A stretch of 64,000 nt of DNA from a virus, in IMG/VR virus record IMGVR_UViG_3300021424_000003, positions 55,345 through 119,344 of that record; one strand, given 5' to 3'. A program made the translations under genes and the position numbers. Below the pieces are notes generated by a model. It did not search any database, was not told the DNA's origin, and saw nothing but the letters and a program-made list of their open reading frames with translations. Positions 1-12,000 of this stretch are shown in pieces. Positions within the stretch are counted from its first letter, which is position 1; every line of letters begins with the position of its first letter.

Positions 1-3000
1 TACTCATCCGAAATATCAAAGCGCGACAAAATAAAAGGTTCCGACAGATTCTCTTCAGGAAAAGCCATTACCCCAGAAGACAGACGCAAAAGAAGACATG
101 CTCCGCTGGGTACAACTGGAGAATTTGACCTTCCAGACGAAGTTGCCACAAGAAATAAGCACGAAGAGTTTGTAGCAGAATTTAGAAAAAACAACGGATT
201 TTGGCTGGATATCCCAAGAGAGGGAACCGTCGCTTCAATGAATACGTCGGAGGAGTGGCAGAGGGCTAGAGAAATAGCAACAAACGTCGGGATTCTTGAG
301 TGGCAGGAAAATGAAAGAAATAGAAGGCCGAAGGGTTTTAGCGAAAAAGCGCGTTCGTCCATGGACTACCTAACATGGTTCGGTGGATATACAAAGCGCC
401 TTGGTGACTATCTCGATAGGGAAGAGTCCAGTGAAAATGTAACCGATGACGAACTTGCTGGTGCAAGGGCGGCAGTACTAGATGCATTGGCATTCAGAAT
501 GGCAACGCCAACTGGTCCAGAAAGCCAAAATACGCTTGCGGCAATGCTCGCAGACGCCGGATTCGGTCCAAATGGAAAACACGAAAAAGCATTCGGTGGG
601 CGCAAGAAATCCAGCGTTGTTGGATTCTCTTCTGGTCGCGGAAACAGAGTAGACACTCGAGTGCTAGACCAACTTATGAACGATGGTAAAGAGGTCAGCG
701 ACGATGACGTGAAGGCAATACTTATGCCTAACGCCGGCATATTGATGCATCCAGAATATAACGACAGAACCGGCGAGGTATCTCTTGGCTGGAAGAACGT
801 CCTAGAATCCTCATTAGAGGACAGGAGTTTCAATAGGGGTTCCCAGAGGGCGATGATTCGCCTTGACGATGAGGGTTATCAAAAATTTACAGAGGCACTA
901 GAAGCAGCAAATGGAGAGCTGACCCCATCGGACGGCCTGCCATCTAGCTCAAGAAGCGTAAGGGACAGGGAATACCCATATTCATGGGGCAAGTCTCGAA
1001 TGGGGGCTTTTTCATCTGGGCGCAAGTATCCACCAGAAATAGAAGACGAGCTTGTATTCGATTCCGAACTGGGCGGCAATAGAGCAGCAGACAGAATCAA
1101 TACCGAAAATGTCGACATGGAGATAGTTCCATCTTCCGATATTGGCCTTGATGGTCCAGATGATGGAGCATGGACTGTTGTCGGCATGTACAGGGGAGAA
1201 GACTATGGCTCCGTCGACTACATCTATGAACTAGATACTTTTGATTCGGTAGAAGAAGCAAGACGCTTCATAGAGACATTTGACAGATTGATAGATGAGG
1301 AAATTAGACCTGGCGACCCAGATTTCTTCCTCGATATAGATAACTACAACAAAGACAACAAAATATCCCTGGATGATGACCTTGACTCCGCTATATCTAA
1401 GGCTGTTCAGTCAAGAAAAGATAGAGAGAACGACCCATACGACTATGGCAGTCTCCTGTCATCAGTTCTTTCCGACAGGTCATTAAACCTTTTTGGTGAT
1501 GGAGAATCAAGATTCTCTTCCGGAAGAAACAAAGCAGAAAGACGCCAATCTGTCAAGAGAGTCATGGCAGAAGATATGGCCGATAGAGAGGTCAATCTAG
1601 GAATACTTTCTCGCCGCATGAAGGGTGAAACCCTGGACGAAGTAGGTAGAGCATACGGAATAGACAGGGGAACAGTCCGCCAAATGGAGATGCGCGAGAT
1701 GAAGCGTCTCAGGGATGGAGCAACACCAAGCGAAATACTTGCCTACAGAATGACAGGCCTCACACTCGACGATATGGGCAGAATGCTCGGCATGTCCCGT
1801 GAAGAGGTTAGAAGAATCGAGTCTAGAGAAATAGCACGGATGAGACTCGGCGGTCGCGACGGAAGCGACGCGATATTCGAGGGTCGTAAAGCTGGTCTAA
1901 GCCGCAATTCAATCAAAAAGCTAACTGGCATGTCTATGGATGACATAGCGACTAAGGAAAGAAAAGGATTTGAGAGGGCCGTAACACGAGAAGATGTCTC
2001 TCATCAGATATTTGACAAATACGTAACTAGATTCGGCGAAGACGAACTAACTGATGCGGAACTTGCGGAGGAGCTAGGGGTTAGCGAAAGAATTGTTTCC
2101 GAAGTTCGCGCGGGGGCAAAGAAAGACATACTCGATGCCCGTCGTGGCATGGACGAACACTACAGCAGCCTTCCGGAGCCAACCGACGAAGAGCTTCAGG
2201 AGATGGCAGACTACTATGCAAATGATTTTGCTAGAGAGCAGGGTTTTGGCTCCTATGCGGAGTATAAGGATTATGTTTCCAGTGTCGGCAGGGAAGACGA
2301 TGGAGAGAGGCTGTCTTCTGGAGCAGGTAAGCGCGACCTTACATTTAGTCAAAAAGTTGGTCAAAGAGTATTTGAGGAAGCAGAAAAGATAGCCAAAGAA
2401 GACAATAGGGACATTTTCGACACCCTGGATTCGCTCGTCTTTGATAAGCGCATGGATTCAACGAATCGTAGAAAAGATTTCGATGTAGCAGAGATGTATT
2501 CTCACATTAATTCCCTTCTTTTCCCAGAGGGTGCTAGAGAAAGCAGGAAGCGCAGACTCTGGAGAAGAGAAAGACTCTCCTCTGGCAGAACCGGTAGAGG
2601 TCGGAAGAATCGGCGACAGGGCAAATCAAATCAGGGAGCATGGTCAGAAGAGGACCTTCAGAGATTCCGCGATAGAAATGTTCTACGCGCCAAAACTCGT
2701 CCCGGAAAGCGCAAGGATGGCCCATCAGCGGAAGAATTCTCTTCTGGACGCAAGAGAATAGATACGGCCGGTAGTTCAGCGCTGACTGGAGCATTCTACG
2801 ATGCCGACAACAAAAGGCTTGTTGTCGGATTCAACAAGGGTGGGGTATATGCCTATGACGGCGTAACCCCAGAAGACATAGAAGAGATGCACAATGCCGA
2901 AAGCAAAGGTGCAGCTATGGCTTCTATCAAGAAGAAGTACAAAGGCGTAAGACTTTCAGAAGCGGACGACAGCTTTAAGGCCACCAAACAGGGTGACGAA

Positions 3001-6000
3001 TGGGTTGTAAATCCAGATAACGAAACGACTTACTCAATATCCGAAGACGGTGGAGAGTTCTTTGTTCTGAGAACTTCTGGAAGCTACGCACGCGATGGCG
3101 GCCAGTCTGGAGATGAGTACTACCATCCAGAGTCGTTTAAGAATATGGACTCCGCGATGAAGTGGGTCGAGCAGGACTTCCTGCCATCAATAACTCCAGA
3201 ACCGTGGGACGAAGATGACTACGATGTAGACAGGCTTTCATCTGGTGGGCCAGCTCGCGCCGCAGCCCAGATGCAATTTGATACTCGTAGAAGTAGAAAA
3301 GCGACAGAAATGACATACGACCCGCAAGACGGTCGTGTTGGAATAACTTATAACGATGGAAAGCAGAGATTCTTCTCCGAGGTGCCTTACGAGGTTGCTA
3401 GGGCGGCAGGCAATCCATCAAAAGATATAGACAACTTCATTGATGACCTAGAGCGCGGGAAAGTGGGCAAGGAGGGCGGAAGATTTAGTTCCGGTGCAAG
3501 CTCGGTGCCTCGCACTGACTTTGATTACTCCTATCAGAAGTTCCCACCGACAGAAGAGCAGGCAGTCATTGCGGATGCGGTGGCGACTGGCGAGAACGTA
3601 ATTGTAAGAGCATTCGCCGGCACTGGCAAAACTTCTACTCTTGTAATGATTGCTGAGAGACTGAAGCGTCAGGACCCAAAGAAGAAAATCGTCTACATGG
3701 CGTTCAACAAGGACATCCAGCTTGAGGCTGAGGGAAAGTTCCCTGGTAATACAGAGTCACGAACAGGCGACTCCATATCGTGGAACTGGGTCAAGCAGAC
3801 AATGGGCGAAGCCTTCACGGACAGAATGAAGGGCAACCCACCAGAAAGAGTGAAGTCAAAGGGAACAAGAAACAAGGATATATCTATTCATTTCAAGATT
3901 AAACAAATGGAGCATCCGGACGGGCTAAAAGATGAGAAAACCGGAAACCCCATAGTCCTTGATGCTGTTGATGTTACAAAGCTTGTAAGAGAAGCGGTTA
4001 AAGAATTCCTTATTTCGGAAGACGATGAGATAGGCACACAGCACTTTAAGAAAATACAGAATGTTCCACCAGCTCTTTTGGGACATGCCAAAGCTATATG
4101 GGATGACATGAACGACCCTGATGGCGTGATGAAATTGGATAACTCCGTATTCACCAAGATGTGGGCACTATCTAGGCCTCAGCTCAGTGACGGTGTCGGT
4201 CTATTCAAAGGAAAGCCATCAGTAATATTCTTTGACGAAGCTCAGGACATAAACCCAGTAATGGCAAAAGTCATGCGGGAACAGAACATCCAAGTTATAT
4301 TTGTTGGAGATAGTTACCAGGCTATTTACGGATTCCGTGGAGCATCGGACAGTCTCGAGAAAGCGGAAGCCACATATGACTTGCCTCTCACTGGGTCATG
4401 GAGATTCGACAGCAAGATAGCTGGATACGCAAACAGATTCCTAGCGTACATGGGTTCAAAAGATAGAATTCGTGGCGTAGGAAAGCCGGGTGATGGTGTT
4501 GTTGAACCAGAGTCGATGGTTGACCCAGATGCAATTCTGACAAGAAGTAACGGTGGGGCGCTACGTGCAGTTGTTGAGCAAATAAAAAACGGAAGAATCG
4601 TAGGGACTTCGGAAAACTTCAAGAAAGACCTAACGAAATTCGCATGGCACGCAATAAGTCTCAAGGCCGATAAGCCAGTAAAAAATCCACATCCAGAACT
4701 AGAGGAATTCTCTTCATGGCAGGAGGTTACAGATGCAGCCAACGCCGAGGATGCAAGCCCTCGACTAAGAATGCTTGTACAGCTATTCAATGACACACCA
4801 AACATTATCGAGATACTGGACCAAGTCGTTGTCGGTGGCAAGCTCAGGGGGGAATCTGGTGGAGGCTCCGGCAAGAGGATTCTTCCTAGCGAAGTAACAG
4901 ATGGCTTTGAGATGTCCATAGACCCAAGCAGTCTGGGTAAATGGGCAGGAGACAAAAAGACATCCGTTTTGTACAAAAATGGAAAACTGTTCTTTCAGTT
5001 GCCATACACAGCAAAAGGCTCATCTGGTGATGACAGCAAAAAGAGCTGGATTAAAGAAAACTTAGGAAAAATCAATCGCTTTGAGTATGGCAAGCCAGAA
5101 GAGACTGGCGGCAAGTTTGCAGTATTCGTAGACGCAACACCAGAACAGGCTGCAAAACTTCTCTCCGGAATAACATCGGGTGATGCTCAGGAAGTAGACG
5201 TCATGGTAATGACGGCACACAGGTCAAAGGGTCTTGAGTTCGGAAAAGTTCAGCTTTACGGAGACTTCCCAAGACCAAGAAAGAACAAGAATACCGGTGA
5301 GATGGAGTACCCAGCTCCGGAAGAGCAAAGACTTCAGTACGTTGCATCAACTAGGGCCATACGCGAACTAGACCCAGGCCCAACTTCATGGATATATAAC
5401 GAAACATCTGAAGATGACGAAAGCCCAGGCGTACCTAGTGGTTTCTCGTCTGGCGCAAAAGGTAACCCAATGCCGAGCGCCATTGGTAAGGACATGGTTC
5501 TAGAAGACGGCGGCACATACGAAGACAACATGTTTAGGGGCACGTACGTTGCCGACTTTAATGGCGGGAAGATGGTAATCCAGCCGGCAGGCAGGGATTC
5601 GTGGGCTGTTTACAGGGCAGACTTTATGGGCGGCGAAGATGGGCCTTCTTACAACTTCAGCTATGGTCCACCAACGGACGAGTCTGAGTTCAGTTCACTC
5701 GCAGACGCATACGAGCATGTTCTCAATTATGTAAAAGACAACGACATAACGCTTGACCAGATGGATGGAAGTCGCCGCTCAAAGGGGAGTGAGTCCTTCT
5801 CGGTGGCAAAAATCGGAAACTCCGGTTCTGGAATATCTGAAAGATTTAGCTCAGGTCGCAAGAATGCCGATAAAAGATTAAAGGCAGCTAGAAAATTTTC
5901 AAGGGGGGGAGATGCCGATGATGATGGTCGTCTGTCTTCTGGAAAGAGAGATTCTGACGAAGGGTTCGCATCGGGCCGAATACTGTCTCGACTTCGCGGC

Positions 6001-9000
6001 CGAGAAGAAACCACTCAGAAAGAAGCAGATGAACTCTATAAATGGGCGGCGGAAGCAAGCAAGAAGCGTCCCGACGACGAATACTTGAGTCGCGTTGTTG
6101 GTAAGGGCTCAGAATACGGAGAAGGTCTAGACGAAAAAGACTTCGAATACATACGCCAACAACAGCTCATTGATTTTATAGTCGATAACGACCTGCACCT
6201 ACGCGACCCGGAAGGAGCTGGTCGAATATTAGATATATGGACCGGTGAAAGCCGGGGAAGAATTAAAGATAAAGACTGGGAGGCCCTGTCGGAACTCCGA
6301 TACCGGCGCCAACAGAGAGAGGACGACGCATTTAATCGTGAAGCATTAAAGGACGTTGCCGAATCGCAAGGCATGCCACGTGACGACCAGCAAAAACTTG
6401 CCATTTTTGCGTGGGCGGCTTCTCGATTTGGGAAATATCCACTGGTAGAAGACGTCGTGAGAGGTGGGAGAACAAACATCCCAAACAGCCTCGACGACAG
6501 AGAATGGAAATTTCTTAAAACCGAATGGCTCAACAGCGACGCTCCAGACCCACAACCACTCAACACTAGAATGACCAATGGTGACATGGGCCCAGATAGG
6601 TATCTAGAACAAGACTATCTAGCGTACATGCGCGAGAGCGGTATGACCGGCTTGCTGGAAAAGTACCAGACGCGAGGTGGACTGACCGGCAAAGATTGGG
6701 CTTATGTAAAGAAGTTACACGACGACCTTGGCCCAAGGGGATGGCGAAATCCAAAGAGTGCCTCATACAGGGGAATAACTAGAAAAGAAAGAAGGGAAAT
6801 TGACAAAAAAACTGGACGCCTGAGTGATTGGGATGTTCTGACCGAGGCACAAAGAGCTTCACTAGAGAAGCGCAAGGAAAAATTCAACCTTACAGAATCA
6901 ATGGCCAACGCGCTTTCTTCAGGCCGTACCACCCCGAATAAGCCCAAACAGGATGATGGTCGTTTGTCTTCTGGCGGTGACCCTACTCCTGAACAGATTG
7001 AAGCGGAAGACAGAGAAAATAGGGCTGACTTCTACAAGAACAGCTCTGGTCTTTATGAAAATGAACTTGCCGAATGGCTGGATGCAAATCCAAGCAAGAC
7101 AGAAAAAGACTATGAGTCAAGCCCTGAATTTGCAGAGAGACTTGACGATATGGACAGCATCATGGGCGATTTCGCCGATGCTGAGGCAGAACGTCGTCTA
7201 GATGATTATGCAAATCGCATGTCGTCCGGGGGAAAGCCACCCCGTTATCCACGACCCCCCACGCTCGGAGCGTTTCTCGGTTCTACGGATGACTTATTCA
7301 AAAATGTAGATTCATGGGAAGATTTCAGGAATATATACAACGACCAAGAAATCATATTTTTTGATTACGAAACTACCGGTTTAGTATTTGATGAATTCGG
7401 CAGAGCGACTAGCAACGGAGCACCAGTTCAGTTTGGTGCAGTAAAAATTAAAAACGGCAAAGAAATAGGCCGAATAAACCTATTCATGAACCCCGGCGAG
7501 TCGCTCGGAGAATGGTCGCGAAACAATCTCAAAGACATAGACGGAAATCCACTAACAGATGACTGGCTTGGTGGACAGATTTCCGTTGAAGATGCTCACA
7601 AACAGCTAATCGAGTTCGCTGGGGCTGATGCAATATTCGGAGTTCAAAATGCAACGTTTGATAAAGCTGTTTTGGACGATGTGTTATCAAAAATGAAATC
7701 GGACTGGAGGCCGTCAGGCTACATAGATACACGAGAGCTCGCAAGCCTTGTGCTCCCCAGATGGACACCAGAAACAGAAGATGGGCCATTTCAGACAAAC
7801 AAAGATGGTGAAAAGGTCCCTTCCTCAAGTCTTGCCGCAATTACTGAATATCTTGACGTTGAGCTTGGAGATGGCCACCACAACGCAGATGTTGATGCTT
7901 TCGCAGCAAGCGAAGTAATGAGAAAAATGATTGATGGGGCAATCGAAAATGATTGGTCGCGAGATGCCCTATCAAAAGAAAAACGTGATTCTCGTCATGC
8001 GGAAACGATTGCAAAATTTGAAGAGAGCGTTCGGCAATTTGAGTCAGAATTAAGCCAGTATGGTCTATCTTCTGGGCGCCGCCAGCGGCCATCTGATGAG
8101 GAGATTTATAACCTCAGAATGTCTGGCCCAACCCTAGAGGAAGTCGGGGAGAAGTATGGAATGACGCGCCAAGAAGTGCGCGCTGCAGAAATGCGCCATA
8201 TCAGGAAAATGCGTGATGCCGACTTTGAGGCAACTGGGGCACAGACATCTAGAAGAGAGCGTCGTCTATCTTCTGGAGGGAGACCCACACGCGCCGGTTC
8301 AGCAAAACAAAGAGGGAAAGTAGTCCTCACAAGCCAAGAACCAGGCGGTAAGTGGACTGACGTACCAGAAAACCAACTAAGTCGAAAAGACGATTTCTTT
8401 GACAATGAAACAGCTTCAAGAATATTGGATAACCCACTAGAGAATTACAACGACCAAACCGGCTGGCCAGTAGCTGCTAGGGATTTCTTCCAAAGCCTAG
8501 TTTTGCAGCAAGAAGGAAGAGACATTCCTGTAATGGATGAAGATGGAAGGTTCACGCCTGAAGGACGCAACCAAGTCAAGAAGATGCTTTTCGGCTCTAA
8601 TGAAGCAAGGGAAAAATTCCTAGACCAAATAGAGTCAGGCGATGTATCTCATATGCAGGCCGTTGCGGCTATCACAATTCTCGAAAAGCTTGGCGACGAT
8701 AATACAAAACTGGGCCCAAGGGGTGCTTCAGACCACATGTTGGAAACATTTGGGTTTAAGTCTGCACCAGTCTGGGTTTCTGGCCTGGATTCAAGAGACC
8801 CCGACTACGACCTTATAAGAGGAGAGGTCAACTGGACTCCGTTGTCCGAAGAGCAGTGGCTTGATGAGGTCAAGCAGGCGTATGTTGATAACAAAAACAT
8901 AACCAACTATGTTGGAAATAGAAGAGATTGGGTTACAAAGAATAAGGGCAAGTCTGAAAAAGACTACGAATCAAGTCCTGAATTCATCGCAGACGCTAAG

Positions 9001-12000
9001 CGCGCATACTTGGAGAACAAGAACACCATTGGTCCTGCAGAAGTCTACTCTCACCCATTCACACATTTCTATGGGATGCGTGAAGAGCAAAAAGATACAG
9101 TCAAGAAGAATTGGCTTTCCCAGAACCCTGGCAAAACAGACGCTGATTACGACAAAGCAATGTCGTGGGACGGAGAGGGTGACCCTGACAAGTCAACGGA
9201 AGCTGGAAGTTGGGGATTTGGAGACCCACGCAGTCTTGGTGGGAAACCATCTACACAGGCAGATGGTGCTTCTAGTAAGAGGCCGACTTCAGCACGGGGT
9301 ACGACTAAGAGGCCGACTTCAGCACGGGGTACGACTACTTCTTCATTGCCGCCGGAAACGACACAGAAGCTATTCCAAGCCATAAAGCTCGATACGATTC
9401 TGTCGGCGCTTGGTATAAAAGACGATGTTACCAGAGAAGAACAAAGAAAGAAGCTTTCTGAACTTATTGGATTTACGATAACGGAGGACTCATTCAAGGG
9501 CTACAAGCGCACGGGTCCGAGGCCAAGAATTATTCTGGAACTTCTACGCAGGGGTCACATTAAGGACCTAGATTCGCTACGCGAAGCCGACAGGACAGAT
9601 GCAAACCTGGGGAACCTTGTCAATCAAGCAAGAGACTCAGTTTTCATTGCTACCGCATACGGAAGACTGCGTGAAGCAGCAAGAGGTGCTGGTTTGTCTG
9701 AGGATTCATTTGGAGCAAGGCTTTGGGGGAGACTCGGGAAAGAATACGAAGACCATGTTATTAATGGTAAGGGGCAGCCAAGAAGCAGGATGGCTGACGG
9801 TGCAATTCCAAAAACGTTTAACCTAAGCAAACTAGACCTTATTGGGGAAACGGAACTGTCAGAACTTGTTGACGGCCTAAATGCAATGGCTGAATCAGAG
9901 GGCTCTTCTGCTCGGTTTACGATTGACGATATATTCCCCAAGAACGATAGAGGTTACATCGATGCATTCGGTGAATCAAAGATAAGAATGAGCAGCGGAA
10001 AACCATCTACGCAAAAGGGACAGAGATTCGTTGCCAAGCCTAAGGGGAATAGGCTAACCAGTGCTGCAAATGACACTGCTGAAATGAGATTCTCCTCGGC
10101 GGCTAGACCAACGTACAGAACACCTGGCGGAGGAATCGACAAAGATGCAATGTCTGCAGATATTGAAGATGCGATTCGCGGTCCTCGACTTGGCGCTGTT
10201 GCAATAACTTCTGCAAATGCAGAAACGGTCGGCAGAGAGCAAGTAGATAATCTCACTAGAGCCATAACTCTTCGTCAGCACATAGCAGACATGTTCCCAA
10301 GCGTTGTTAACGATAGAACACAGGTCTCCTACGATATAGAGCCTCTCCTGACGGAGCAAGGCATAAGTCCAAAAGATGCAGAAAAACTGACAGACCTAGT
10401 TAACGACCTAGATGAATACATCGACGGGATAGTTAAGCAGTTCGAGGACGAGGGTGACAAGCTAGAAAGCGGTCTGCGCGAAATGACAGACATGCTCGAC
10501 GAGGTATCTGAGCTACGTAAGTATCGCAAAGAGACAATCGACAAGTATGGCGAAGATGACGCAAGAAACTTGATAGACAGACTTGACGAAAAGATAAATA
10601 AACTTACGACATCAATTGATGACAAGTATCAGGCTACCATAGGTAGCAACAGAACAAACATGGCAAAACTTCGCGATGAAGCGCTTGCCTTGGTTGACGA
10701 AAATCCAGGGTTTGACAGGCCAAAGAAGGGCGGCGACAAGCCGCGCCTATCAAGCGGCGCCAACTCCCTGTCGTCGAAGCTGATAGGCATTGAAATGGCC
10801 ATGGGCCGAGCCGAAGAAGGCGGTCTACCTAAATACAAGCCGGTCAGCAAGATGGACATGAACCTTCCAAACGGAACGCGCCTGTCTTCTGGCAAGGCTG
10901 ACGAATGGTACGAGAACCTGACAGCGAAGCTTGTAGAGCAGATTGAAAAGATTCAGGCATCGGGCGGGGACAAGTGGGAATTCCCATGGCATCGAACTGG
11001 GGCCATGCCGAAGAACGCAATCAGCGGCCACGTTTTCTCTGGTATGAACCCATTTGTCCTGTTGCTTGCTGCTGATGAAAAGGGTTACTCAACACACCGC
11101 TGGGCTACATACAAGCAGTGGCAGAGCGTGGGTGGAAATGTAATGAAGAACGAAAAGGGCCAGACACTCCTGAAGCCAGTTTTCAAGAAGGTTAAGGACC
11201 CAGACACAGGTAAAGAAGAGACAAAGCTTGTCAACTGGAGCGCATATACCGTGTTCAACGTTGCCCAGGTGGAGGGAATAAATCCAGAAGATTACGACGA
11301 CAAGCCCAAAGACCTTCTTGATGAGGCAGCCAGAGTGGAGAGGGCCGAAAAAGCATTCGCCATAGTCGGTGCAGACATAGAAACCGGAGATGGCTCACGT
11401 GCTTACTACAGCCCGTCAAACGATAAGATAGTTATGCCGCCGTTTGCTTACTTCAAGACCCCAGAGGGCTACTACGCGACCCTTGGCCATGAGCTTGTTC
11501 ACTGGACTGGACACTCCTCCAGACTTGATAGGCCAAACATGAACCGCTTCGGCACCCCTGCATACGCTCGGGAGGAATTGGTTGCAGAGCTTGGCTCGGC
11601 TTTCTTGATGGCCAATTTCGGCATGGCTGCAGAGCCACGAGAAGACCACGCTCACTACCTGGCCAACTGGCTAAAGGTTTTGCGCGAGGAGCCAAAGGCC
11701 CTACAAGAAGCAGCAAGAGAGGCCCAAAAGGCGTCGAAGCTTCTCATCGAAAAGATGAGGGAAGTGCTTGAGGGTGCCGAAGTAGCCGAAGAAACGCTTG
11801 ATGATGTTGACGGGACGAAGAGCGCATGGGTCGGAATGTCTGACGACATTGGGAGAGAATCACTGCTCCAGGTTGCAGGCATTCTTCCCGCATACCTACG
11901 CATGGAGGTGGAAGCGGCCATTAAAAGCACCGCCCCAGGGGGACCCCTATCAACTAAGGTTATTAACAGAATTTCAAAAACAATTGAACTTCTAGAGACA

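Noticed and set aside
238-240. ATG 238 as the start of the polyprotein
   Set aside because: The frame is open to base 1 and contains another RFSSG, so the gene begins upstream of the window.
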